From Leptolyngbyaceae cyanobacterium (GTDB lineage: Bacteria > Cyanobacteriota > Cyanobacteriia > Phormidesmidales > Phormidesmidaceae): a stretch of DNA of 64,000 nt. Below the pieces are notes generated by a model, which searched no databases, was not told the DNA's origin, and was given only the letters and a program-made list of their open reading frames with translations. Each line of letters starts with the position of its first letter. Positions within the stretch are counted from its first letter, which is position 1. The stretch is from assembly GCA_965263355.1 (NCBI GenBank), contig CBDHHL010000032.1, forward strand, positions 480,001 to 544,000, given 5' to 3'. The translations under genes and the position numbers were made by a program. Positions 31,201-40,540 of this stretch are shown here, piece after piece.

Positions 31201-33648
31201 GGAGAAGGGGGTAACGACACCATCATTGGGGGAACTGGCCATGAGATTTTAGAGGGTGGTGCTGGGGATGATGAGATCGCAGCCGGAACTGGCAATGACG
31301 TCGTTCTAGGCGGTACCGGAGACGATGACCTCCAGGGAGAGGGCGGCAACGACACCATCACAGGTGGAGAAGGCGCTGATACTCTCTCCGGAGGCGACGG
31401 CAATGACACCCTGAATTTTGACGCCAATGACATCCTGGACGGCGGCAGCGGCAGTGATGTTGGTGTTTACCAGGGAACTACTGGCATTAACCTCAACATT
31501 GATGACGTCAGCCTGGAAGAAATTCACGGCAATATTGGGGATGACACCTTTAAATCAACCGTCGGTAATGCGGTCAAGATTTTCAGTGGTGCTGGTAACG
31601 ACACCCTAGAAACTGGTAACGGTAACGATCAGCTCTTTGGTGGCAAAGGTGACGACACCATTATATCCACAGGTGGTCACAACTACATCGAGGGTGGCAC
31701 AGGCAGCGATACCATCACCACAGGTGACGGTAACGATACACTAGTGGCCGATGCTGGAGATGATGTTTTGGTAGCTGGTGATGGCCATGATGTCTTAAAG
31801 GGCGGCGCTGGTGCCGATAGTCTTAATGCAGGTGCTGGCAATGACACCCTCTACTTTGATGCTGACGACACATTGGTAGATGCAGGTGCTGGCAACGAAG
31901 ATACAGCCTATTACGAGAGCAGTGATGCTCTCACCATTGATTTGGATGCGACAGGTATTGAAACACTCCACAGTAATGCAGGTGACGATATTATCACGGC
32001 CAACAGTAGTCAGGATTTCACCGTTTACGGTGAGAGGGGTAATGACACCATTACTACTGGTAGTGGTGACGATACTCTCGACGGTGGCAGTGGTGATGAC
32101 GTTATTGACGGTGGCGGTGGTAGCAACACGCTACTCGGTGGAGTTGGTAATGATATTCTCACAAGTGGTAATGGCAATGACATCCTCGATGGCGGCAGTA
32201 GTGATGACATTCTGACCACGAGTGGAGGAAAAAACGCCTTACTCGGTGGCGACGGCAATGATGTACTAACCACTGGTAGTGGCAACGATACTCTGGATGG
32301 TAGTACCGGTAACGACAGTTTGGATGCGGGTGCTGGTAACGATACCTTAGATGGTGGCAGCGGTGCCGACCAGTTAATCGCTGGCAGCGGTAACGATAAG
32401 CTCTATTTTGATGCTGACGACACTATTATTGATGGAGGAACTGGTAATGATACTGGTTATTTCCAGAGCAATACGAACCTGGTAATGAATGTCACTAATG
32501 CGGGCATTGAAAGACTCTATGCCAACAGCGGTAACGATCAACTCTCAGCTACTGGTAATAGTCAGGCCAAACTTTACGGTAAAGATGGTAATGACACTAT
32601 TACCTCCGAAGGTGGCAATGACCGATTAGACGGTGGAAATGGTGATGACATTCTGACAACTACTGGTGGTAACAATACCCTGAAAGGGGGTAACAACGAT
32701 GACCAGCTTACTTCCGGCATTGGTAATGATATCCTTGACGGCGGCAGTGGTAACGACATCCTACTCACCACTGGTGGCAACAACACCCTGAAAGGGGGTA
32801 GCGGTAACGATACCCTAACCGCTGGAGATGGGATAGATATTCTAGATGGTGGTTCTGGCAATGACATCCTTGATGGTGGTGTCGGCGATGATGCTCTGAC
32901 AGGTGGGAATGACATCGATATTCTCTACGGTGGCGGTGGCAATGATGCTCTTGCTGGTGGTCTGGGGGATGACAGCCTCTATGGTGGTGAAGGCAATGAT
33001 ACCCTCAATGCTGAGGTCGGTGATGATCTACTTGATGGAGGAGCTGGTAATGACCAAATCTTTGGTAGTACAGGTAACAACCAAATTGAGGGAGGCACTG
33101 GGAACGATGAACTCTATGGCGTCGCTGGTGAAAATACACTCCTCGGTGGTGAAGGCAGTGACCAAATCTATGGTGGTACTGGTAAAGATCAACTCTATGG
33201 AGATGCGGGTAACGACTCACTAGATGGTGGCGAAGATAGTGATGAGCTGTTTGGTGGTACAGGTAATGACACACTGCTAGGCGGTAATGGAGCCGATGTC
33301 CTCAGAGGGGCTGCAGATGGTTTCGGTGAGGTAGATATTCTCACTGGAGGTGGCGGTAGCGATTACTTTATCCTCGGTGAATCAGGGCAGGTCTTTTATG
33401 ACGATGGCGATCTACTGACATCTGGATCATCTGACTATGCTTTAATCACTGACTTTAACGGTTCAGAGGATATTCTCCAGTTGAGCGGTTCAGCCAGTGA
33501 TTATGTACTTGGCTCCTCAGGCTCCAATACGAATATCTATCTAGATAGCGATGGTACTGGCAGCTTGAGTGGAACAGATGAGTTGATTGCTACTGTAGAG
33601 GGTACTTTAGGAATGGATCTATCTAACACATCAATTCTGTACGTGTAG
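28249..33648 (+). CDS. Giant RTX/hemolysin-type Ca2+-binding repeat protein (1799 aa)
   Basis: Very many GGxGxDxLx nonapeptides, no Sec signal, C-terminal DILTGG..D.FILG...YDDG...DYALITDF module. Confidence 0.95.
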   Translation: MGSKSNSSVIDNVLRGSVFSDVLIGLEFNDEIQGYEENDVWLSGEAGNDLVVGGAGNDILSGGEGNDLLHGDFSEGSGWELGDDGNYSYTPLNFVTNSLQSSGYDEAFPPGDNLAIYNDLIFGGLGNDIILGSWGDDAISGGLGNDIINGGIGNDYWLAGGAGNDTINGDDGHDILEGGAGNDILNGGNGNDILTGGTGQDTLYAGDGEDIADGGEGSDLVDGGDGNDQLTGGLGNDKILGGDGHDTMDGGDGEDTLIGGAGDDYSMLGGSGNDALYGEAGHDFMDGGAGNDVMYGGREDDVMLGGEGTDHIYGGEGIDRIDGGAGVDVIEGNSGDDDIHGGDNDDEIAGGTGQDILYGDAGNDIVNGGEGHDFIDGGEGSDTLDGSAGMDVIEGGSGNDLIRGGADNDSWLSGGAGQDEIYGDAGDDVLSGGDDNDQLQGGIGNDVLMGDGGNDVLLGGEGDDYWLDGGDGNDTINAGAGHDVATGGVGDDVVIGDDGNDTLLGDTGNDQLFGDAGDDILDGGDGADRLEGDIGNDTLKGGDGADLIRGGDGVDYVEGGAGDDNITGDAGDDSLLGDAGADIVDGGTGHDYLAGGAGADILIGGADNDTIQAGDDNDTLYGDDGYDILEGGDGSDTLSGGNQEDILKGDAGNDVLDGGDGHDVLDGGADNDLLQGQTGNDALTGDTGNDTLQGGLGDDYLSGGADNDVLEGGAGIDVLEGGDGADALYGGAGDDGWLSGQTGADIIDGGAGHDVLSGGAGVDQLQGGAGNDTVFFDAADTVVKGDAGYDVAIVETADGASLDLGANSFNEAHGNAGNDTFTNTNGAGGPSSESVAMFGNAGDDALTGGSANDYLDAGAGNDVASGGAGDDYALGGEGADALGGDAGNDLLKGNAGNDTLEGGDGHDTIDGGDGADILLGGAGHDTVKFDAADTVDGGAGYDVAKAQGDVGVTLDLGASQIELAYGTEGADVFTNSSNNSVEIHGEGGNDTIIGGTGHEILEGGAGDDEIAAGTGNDVVLGGTGDDDLQGEGGNDTITGGEGADTLSGGDGNDTLNFDANDILDGGSGSDVGVYQGTTGINLNIDDVSLEEIHGNIGDDTFKSTVGNAVKIFSGAGNDTLETGNGNDQLFGGKGDDTIISTGGHNYIEGGTGSDTITTGDGNDTLVADAGDDVLVAGDGHDVLKGGAGADSLNAGAGNDTLYFDADDTLVDAGAGNEDTAYYESSDALTIDLDATGIETLHSNAGDDIITANSSQDFTVYGERGNDTITTGSGDDTLDGGSGDDVIDGGGGSNTLLGGVGNDILTSGNGNDILDGGSSDDILTTSGGKNALLGGDGNDVLTTGSGNDTLDGSTGNDSLDAGAGNDTLDGGSGADQLIAGSGNDKLYFDADDTIIDGGTGNDTGYFQSNTNLVMNVTNAGIERLYANSGNDQLSATGNSQAKLYGKDGNDTITSEGGNDRLDGGNGDDILTTTGGNNTLKGGNNDDQLTSGIGNDILDGGSGNDILLTTGGNNTLKGGSGNDTLTAGDGIDILDGGSGNDILDGGVGDDALTGGNDIDILYGGGGNDALAGGLGDDSLYGGEGNDTLNAEVGDDLLDGGAGNDQIFGSTGNNQIEGGTGNDELYGVAGENTLLGGEGSDQIYGGTGKDQLYGDAGNDSLDGGEDSDELFGGTGNDTLLGGNGADVLRGAADGFGEVDILTGGGGSDYFILGESGQVFYDDGDLLTSGSSDYALITDFNGSEDILQLSGSASDYVLGSSGSNTNIYLDSDGTGSLSGTDELIATVEGTLGMDLSNTSILYV

Positions 33649-33702
33649 TCAACAAAAGCCGATAGACAATATCGCCTTAATGCTCATTTTGAGGAAATCA
33701 AC

Positions 33703-33987
33703 ATGCTTGAATTTAAGGGATTTCACCCTAAGGATATTTCAAATGAAATTGCACTTAAACTAACAAACTCAGGGGTGCATTACCATAACTTAAATAGTGG
33801 CGCTTTTCAGTTCATCCCGTATACAGAGATTGCTGGATTCTCTGGTTGGCGACCTGGATACGGCTCTCTCCATATCTACAGCAGTAATCCAAACTTGATG
33901 ATCCACTTAAACTTTGCAGCGGAAGTAGCAGAGCAGGCCCTATCGCAAATTCAAAGTTTCCTTCAAGAAAAAATGATAACTGCCTAA
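33703..33987 (+). CDS. Hypothetical protein
   Basis: GAGGA RBS; 94 aa; followed by a hairpin. Confidence 0.6.
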   Translation: MLEFKGFHPKDISNEIALKLTNSGVHYHNLNSGAFQFIPYTEIAGFSGWRPGYGSLHIYSSNPNLMIHLNFAAEVAEQALSQIQSFLQEKMITA

Positions 33988-34019
33988 ACTAGACTTTAAA
34001 TCATTGCATGCTTGAAAAA

Positions 34020-34058
34020 ATAAAGTCCTCAACGGCCTTAAGGTCTTGAGGACTTTAT
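34020..34058. terminator. Intrinsic terminator-like hairpin
   Basis: ATAAAGTCCTCAA / TTGAGGACTTTAT with A-run on the left. Confidence 0.7.
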
Positions 34059-34449
34059 TATGATGTAGGTCTGGACTGTATTATAAGTGCAGTGGAGTAG
34101 GTATAACTAATTGTCGGTCTTAAAATATAGGCGTTAAATGCAACAACATCCATAGTGAGAGTGCCAGGATAGTAGTGTTCAAATTCATGCCCTAATTCTA
34201 ACAACCATTAGGGCAACCATTAGGGGCAAACACCCATCGAAACAAGGTTGTAAGAACAGCTTTTCCCTTCCATATAGCTTGACATACATAGCTAACAGCA
34301 ATAGTGATCACTGAAACTCTTAGCTTACTAATGACCATGTACGCAGAAACTTGCTAAAGTTTCTGCAGATTTCTATATTGTTCAAGCTCTAGGAAATTTT
34401 GGAAGGAAGTTCCCTAAATAATAAAGATTATGTAATTAAAGTATACTTA

Positions 34450-35778
34450 TTAGTTCTCGATCACATCTAAGATAGCTTGATTGCCAAGCGCCTTGTAGTA
34501 AATAATTTCTAAGATAAGGCCGTTAGTATTACCGGTTAAGATGGTGTTTATTTCCTCACTCTCTTCATAGAGACCAGCGTAGAATCCACCTCCGTCAGGA
34601 TCTTGGAGATCTTTTACAGCCTTGATTAGCTTTAAAGTATAAGGTTTTTTGGGAAATAGGTAATACCACCCAAACGCCGCTTTTGTACTAAGCGTGCGTA
34701 GTTCTGGATGGGGCTCATTTTCTTCTGTAATTACAGCCCATGGAGTTCCATTAGCATAAAGAGTGCTATAGAGAAAATGAGGAGCTTGATCAATGTTGTC
34801 TTCAGAGACAGCGGTGAGGTACCCTGTTTCTTTATATCTATTTTCCTGGGCAGCTAGGATGTCTTCTGCATACTCAGCCAGAGTTTCATCCCATCCAAAC
34901 TCAATGGCTTCTAGAATATAAGACTCACTAACTACATAGTTATTAGCGTCAGTTTCTTCAAAATTACGCTGGTCTACAGGGATTTTCACCCCGCTCACAT
35001 CTACCAGTTTCATCGGTTCTGTTTCTAGTGCCTTTGGAACCTCCAATCCCCAAAGCTCATAGCCACGGGCAGCATATTCTTCGTAACCAAGGCGGCCCTC
35101 CTGTACGGGTAAAAGTTTACCATTAGATTTAAAGACCGCACCATAGAGCTGGCCCTCTTTGATAGAACGAGGAAGTTGCCAACCCGACATCAGGTCAGAA
35201 ATCCAATTGTCATATTGGGGATGGCATGTGCGAATGATATGTAGGGCTGTAAGAAAGCGACCAATGTCTAAAGCCGACCAGCCTAATCCTTTTTTGGTGG
35301 GATTGTTTCCATAGTCTACCATCTCTCCGGTAGCACTGTTGTACACCTTATTGGGCAGTGCCCCCTCCACTAGCGGTAGCTCTCCAAGAGAGGTTAAAAA
35401 TTGATTGAGTTGCAGATCAAACTCACCTTGATCAATTAATCCCATCCATCGAACTGCATTCAAGGCCATTAAGTAATTACCTTGATCCCAAAGAGTCCCA
35501 GAGGGAAACTGATTGGCAGAGTTGGTAAATCCGGTTTCTGGTTGCCGATTATTGACAAAGTACTGCCAGGCTGCAGATGCATAGACTTTCTCTTGTTCAG
35601 TTAGAGGAGCGGTTAACTGGCCACAAAGGTTATTGGATGTCTCTTTTGCGGTTGCAGCTTGAGAATCAGACTTGGGACTGTCGATTTCAATGGTGCCACT
35701 AGTACAAGCTGACAAACCACCCATTACTAAAATAATAGCAAATAGACCTTTCAAAATTTGAGATTGATAGAAATTCAT
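34450..35778 (-). CDS. DUF3131-domain lipoprotein
   Basis: Lipobox LSAC; AWQYF..N..PETG, TLWDQG, LPNKVYN, GWSALDIGR, QEGRLGYEEY, NTNG.ILE. Confidence 0.85.
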   Translation of the reverse strand: MNFYQSQILKGLFAIILVMGGLSACTSGTIEIDSPKSDSQAATAKETSNNLCGQLTAPLTEQEKVYASAAWQYFVNNRQPETGFTNSANQFPSGTLWDQGNYLMALNAVRWMGLIDQGEFDLQLNQFLTSLGELPLVEGALPNKVYNSATGEMVDYGNNPTKKGLGWSALDIGRFLTALHIIRTCHPQYDNWISDLMSGWQLPRSIKEGQLYGAVFKSNGKLLPVQEGRLGYEEYAARGYELWGLEVPKALETEPMKLVDVSGVKIPVDQRNFEETDANNYVVSESYILEAIEFGWDETLAEYAEDILAAQENRYKETGYLTAVSEDNIDQAPHFLYSTLYANGTPWAVITEENEPHPELRTLSTKAAFGWYYLFPKKPYTLKLIKAVKDLQDPDGGGFYAGLYEESEEINTILTGNTNGLILEIIYYKALGNQAILDVIEN

Positions 35779-35783
35779 ATTTC

Positions 35784-37000
35784 CTAAGAGATATGCGCGA
35801 GTGGGTGACCGTTTTGAGTTTTGTACAACAAACTTTCAAGGATAATGGCGTTAGTATTGACATTGATCGCTTTGTTAGGACCAAGGTCTGGGTTCTCGTA
35901 TCGTCCTGATAGATACCCCTTGTGCTCATCGGCAAGGTTTTGCACTGCTTGTCTGAGGGTTTGGCAGTAATCGTTGTCGGGCAAAAGGCTACTCCAGGCA
36001 AAGGCTGCTTTTGCACTTAGAAAACGCAGATCAGGATGAGTGTTTCCTTTTACATCTGTTGCTGGCCAGGTCTGACCATCAGCATAAACACTGTAATAGA
36101 GAAAATAGGGTTTGCGATCCAGGGCATCTTCGTTTACTACAGTTAGTATGCCCGTGTTAGCATATCGATTTGCTTGAACCTGTAGAAGATTTTCAAGCTG
36201 GGGTTGAGTGGTATCAGGCAACCCTACTTCTATCCCTAAAAGTAAGTATGGATCATTGGTTAGATGATTGCTCGCTCCTGAAGAATTGAGATCGCGCTGA
36301 TCCACTATCAGGTCTACCTGATCAACAGTAACCCCCTGGGTTGGCGGGTTATAAGCGCTTTATCAGCTTCAATTCCCCATAGTTTGAAGCCATAGGCGGC
36401 ATATTGTTCATAACCTAATCGCCCTTCTTGCCAATACTGCAAACCATTACGGCCAGCTCCACTACCCCATAGCCAGCCATCTTTTACAGACTTGTTTAAG
36501 TCATAACGGGTCACGATGGTATTGATGCGATCGCGCAGCTCCGGATAATGGGTTTTAAGTGTGTATAAAGCCACCAGATATCGGCCCAAATCTAACGCAA
36601 ACCAGCCACTTGTCCCGTTGGGGTCAGGGCGATTACTTAATGTCCGCATGGTGGCTGTGTTGGTGCTATAGGCTTTATTCGGTAACCCTGTTGTCGGTAA
36701 GGGTAACTGTTCCAGAGTGCGTAACAGAATCGATAGTTTTTCAACCAATTCTGTTTCAGAAATTAGCCCTAGTTGACGAGCAGCATGGATTCCTAAGAGC
36801 GCACTCCCCTGGTCTCACCAGGTGGCCCAAGGCAGTCCATCAACAGCATTCACCAACCCGGTATCAGGATTCCAGTTATTCTCAAAATAGGTCCACGCTC
36901 GACGAGCCGCTACTCGATCCAGAGAATCTGCCATATGTTCCACACTGTCTAAGGGAAGAGACGGGCTAGCTAACTCAGATATCTCAAGAGATGGAGGAGC
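35784..37000 (-). pseudogene. Third DUF3131 domain, detached from the 39948 gene and disrupted
   Basis: Continues the upstream gene if the A8 run (37001-37008) were A9; TGA for Trp at 36815-36817; frameshift near 36352; the same DUF3131 motifs. Confidence 0.8.
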
Positions 37001-39948
37001 TTTTTTTTCTCCTCAATTAGGGCAATTTCTTCATTCAAACCTCTAGAAGTTTCAGCGATATTGGTCTCTCCTCCTTTAGCAACCCAGTATGCTCCCTGGT
37101 CATCGGCAACCATTTCGATGGTTGGTTGAGAGCCTTCGGGAAGGCCTAGCCCCAGTTCATCTCCGTCACGAATGGCATCCCACCACGGAGAGTCCATATC
37201 GTCATGGGGATAGATTAGAGGTTGCTGTTGAGTGTTTTTATGCAGTAAGGCTTGGAGAATTAGACTATTAGTGGAGCCCGTAAACCCAATGGCTCTACGA
37301 CCACCGTTTTCGTAAAAGCCCTCGTAATAACCAAGCTGTTGATTATACAAATCTAGAGTTGCTAGCCAAAGGTCTCGACCATAGTCACTATCAGGAAATA
37401 GGGTGTGATAGGCAAAGGCAACAGCTGTACTCACCACTCGAGAATGGGGAATAACGTCTCCATTATCGTCTACAGCAACCCAAGAACGACCATCGGAGAC
37501 AAGTGTACTATGCACCACATAAGGAGCTTCATTCACTAGGGTAGTTCCTGAAGCACTAAATATACCTGTGTGTTCATACCGAGTGGCTTCGGCCTGGTAA
37601 ATCGCGTCTACTAAGGCACTGATTTGGGGATCAAAGCCAAATTCTAGGCCATATAAGATAAAGGGTGTACTGGTGGTATTTAACAGTTCATTTCGACGAC
37701 GTTGCTCTGGCTGAGACCGATTAGTGGGAACTGCTTGTTCTTCTAGCTTAGTGGTGACATAGTTGCCGCCAACGGCTGAGCGAGAAGCATCAAATCCCCA
37801 CAGCTGAAAAGCCCGGGCGGCATATTCTTCATAGCCAAGGATTTCTGCAGGCTTGACTCGGATGCGATCTCGACCCCGATCATCCTGAGCCAAACGAGCA
37901 TTAGCAATACGGCCATTTCTAACCACTCGTAGATAAGACCAGTCCAAAGCTAACTTATCTACAACATCAGTATATTCGGGATGACAGGTTTTAAGTGTGT
38001 GCAAAGATGCCAATAGTCTTCCAATATCCAGGCCAGACCAGCCATCTCCTTGAGGAATGGAATTACCACCATAATCAATAGGTTCTAGAGAAAGGGTGCT
38101 GTAGGAACGATGAGGAAGCTCTCCAGCAAACAGTTCAATCTCCTGTAAAGCTCCTAGTAAATGCCGAATTCGTTCATCAAACTTTTTAGCATTAATCACA
38201 TCCATTGCCCGAGCAGCATGAAGCGATGCCAAATAATCTCCTATCCCCCAAAGAGTGACACCATCTAGATCACTACGATCAGGGACTAACCCTGAAGGAG
38301 TGTGGTTAGCTTCAAAATATTGCCATGCTGTTTTGGCATAACGCATATCTGTAACATTTAAAGGAGACACTACGGATGAGCAAGCCGAGGAGCGAGGTTT
38401 TTCCACCGGCTCAATAGCCGCAATCGTAACCCCCTCATGAGAAGCAGGCGGTGGTGGAGCAGCTGGAGCAGATTCCGCTGGTGGCGGTGGTTCAGGATTA
38501 CTGGCTGTTTCTGGAGGAGCTGCAGGTGGCGGTGGTTCAGCTGGTGGTGGTTCAGGGCTACTAGCTGTTTCTGGGGGTGGAGGTAAATCTCCTGTATTTT
38601 CCCCCGCTGGCACAGTAGGCACTGAAATAGGAGCACTGCCACTCGCCAACATGGGTATATAACCACGAGCTTTATAGTAAAGAATCTCCAAAATCAGTCC
38701 ATTACTATTACCAGTGAGAATATCATTAATAGGGGGCTGAGCATCATATAGGCCCGATTCATAAATACCTGCATAGTAACCCCGCCCAGAATTAGTTGTA
38801 TCCTTTACATGGTCAAAAATCTTGTGGGCATAGGGATCGTCAGGATAAACATAGCGCCATCCAAACGCAGACTTGGCACTTAAAGTACGCAGTTCAGGAT
38901 GCAGCTCATTATTCTCAGTAATAACGGCCCAGGGCACACCATTGGAATAGACGGTACTGTATAAAAAATAAGGAGCTTGATTAATATTGTCTTCGGAAAC
39001 AGCCGTTAACAGCCCAGTATCTTCAAAGCGTCGTTTCTGCGCTTCAAAGACCCTACGAGCATAATCTGCTTGATCTCCCTCCAGACCAAATTCAATAGCA
39101 TCCAGAATGTAAGACTCACTAACTACATAGTTGTTAGCATTTGTTGTCTGAAAATCCCTTGTATCGTACGGGATTTTTAGCCCATAAATATCTACAAAAT
39201 CAAACGGTTCATATGCGATCGCTTGAGGAGCATCAAATCCCCACAGTGCATACCCTCTCGCAGCATACTCCTCGTATCCTAAGCGTCCTTCCTGTACAGG
39301 TAGTGTACTATCGTCTGGCAAGACAGTAGCTCCATAGAGCATCCCATCTCTGACAGACGCCGCAATATTCCAGCTAGCAAGAATGCCAGCCATCCACTCA
39401 GAATACTGGGGATGACACGTACGTAAAATATGGAATGCTGCTAAAAGGCGACCGATATCCAGAGCTGACCAACCAATGCCTCGCTCTAATGGATTGTTAC
39501 CATAGTCCACCATCTCCCCAGTAGCACTGTTATAAACCTTGTTCGGTAGCGTATCTTCAAATAGACGCAGCTCTCCCAAACCAGCAAGAAATTTATTTAA
39601 TCGGCTATCAAACTCTCCCTGCTCAATTAACCCCATCCACCTAGCCGCATTCATAGCTGCCAGATAATTACCTAAGTCCCATAGCGTACCAGATGGATAA
39701 CCACCTGCAGAGTTGGACAATCCAGTGGATTCTTGAACATTATCCACAAAATAATTCCAGGCTGATTGAGCATAGCCCATTTCCTCTGGGGTCAGGGGTT
39801 GTGTAATTGCAGCACATTGCTCTGGACCATTTTGAGCCACAACGGGAGAGATCTGGAAAATAGATATCCATAGGGTAATAAATACTCCTACAAGCCAATA
39901 GGCAATAAATCTGATCCAGAATCGATGGCGAGTTAATAGTATTAACAC
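36970..39948 (-). CDS. Tandem DUF3131-domain protein (two intact domains, Pro-rich linker), C-terminally frameshifted
   Basis: Two copies of AW.YF, TLW..G.YL, GWS.LDIGR, GYEEYAAR; PPPPETAS repeats at ~38445-38585. Confidence 0.85.
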   Translation of the reverse strand: MLILLTRHRFWIRFIAYWLVGVFITLWISIFQISPVVAQNGPEQCAAITQPLTPEEMGYAQSAWNYFVDNVQESTGLSNSAGGYPSGTLWDLGNYLAAMNAARWMGLIEQGEFDSRLNKFLAGLGELRLFEDTLPNKVYNSATGEMVDYGNNPLERGIGWSALDIGRLLAAFHILRTCHPQYSEWMAGILASWNIAASVRDGMLYGATVLPDDSTLPVQEGRLGYEEYAARGYALWGFDAPQAIAYEPFDFVDIYGLKIPYDTRDFQTTNANNYVVSESYILDAIEFGLEGDQADYARRVFEAQKRRFEDTGLLTAVSEDNINQAPYFLYSTVYSNGVPWAVITENNELHPELRTLSAKSAFGWRYVYPDDPYAHKIFDHVKDTTNSGRGYYAGIYESGLYDAQPPINDILTGNSNGLILEILYYKARGYIPMLASGSAPISVPTVPAGENTGDLPPPPETASSPEPPPAEPPPPAAPPETASNPEPPPPAESAPAAPPPPASHEGVTIAAIEPVEKPRSSACSSVVSPLNVTDMRYAKTAWQYFEANHTPSGLVPDRSDLDGVTLWGIGDYLASLHAARAMDVINAKKFDERIRHLLGALQEIELFAGELPHRSYSTLSLEPIDYGGNSIPQGDGWSGLDIGRLLASLHTLKTCHPEYTDVVDKLALDWSYLRVVRNGRIANARLAQDDRGRDRIRVKPAEILGYEEYAARAFQLWGFDASRSAVGGNYVTTKLEEQAVPTNRSQPEQRRRNELLNTTSTPFILYGLEFGFDPQISALVDAIYQAEATRYEHTGIFSASGTTLVNEAPYVVHSTLVSDGRSWVAVDDNGDVIPHSRVVSTAVAFAYHTLFPDSDYGRDLWLATLDLYNQQLGYYEGFYENGGRRAIGFTGSTNSLILQALLHKNTQQQPLIYPHDDMDSPWWDAIRDGDELGLGLPEGSQPTIEMVADDQGAYWVAKGGETNIAETSRGLNEEIALIEEKKKLLHLLRYLS

Positions 39949-40041
39949 TTCTATGGGGACAACCTATAAGAATATCGGATGCAGATCAAAACTAATTTGA
40001 TGTGTAATGGAAGGATGCCCTAAAAAGGAAAACAACTATAT

Positions 40042-40281
40042 TCATTTGGAACTCGAATGTTGCCCTGTCCTTAAATAATCAAAAATTGAACAAATCTGGA
40101 TCTCTAAATGACTTTCTAAAGGTACAGTCAAAGATGATTTGACTGCAGAACTAGTCCTGGGAGATAAACGTTTACTAACATATTCCAGAGTAATGATTAG
40201 CCCTACTGCCGTTGTAATACCCCCAATCACTGTAAGCACAACCCAAATGGTTGGAGGACCTATAAAGTTATCTTGATTCAT
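40042..40281 (-). CDS. Small single-TM hypothetical protein, possibly a gene fragment
   Basis: Hydrophobic helix IWVVLTVIGGITTAVGLIITL; co-oriented upstream of the DUF3131 genes. Confidence 0.4.
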   Translation of the reverse strand: MNQDNFIGPPTIWVVLTVIGGITTAVGLIITLEYVSKRLSPRTSSAVKSSLTVPLESHLEIQICSIFDYLRTGQHSSSK

Positions 40282-40540
40282 ATATATTAAGGATTTTGAG
40301 TATATAACAATATTGTTCTGAAATAAACAGTGATGATGACTTTAGTTGATAGGAGGGGTGGAGTTTCTAAATTAGCGTTTACCCTTGCCAAATATAATCG
40401 GTGATTTCAACTATTTCTAATACAAGATGTTATATCTTGTTGGGTCCTCAAATCTTGTGGGTATATCTAAATTAGCATCTACAACAGTTTAAAAAACAGA
40501 GTATTCCAAGCTTTTGTGCAAGCCTAAAATCATAAAATAG

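Noticed and set aside
28966..33274. Many Ser/Pro-rich antisense and off-frame ORFs over the RTX gene (also 25635..25886)
   Set aside because: Shadows of Gly/Asp repeat codons.
37001..37008. A8 tract as a phase-variation switch
   Set aside because: The downstream domain has two further lesions, so slippage alone could not restore it.
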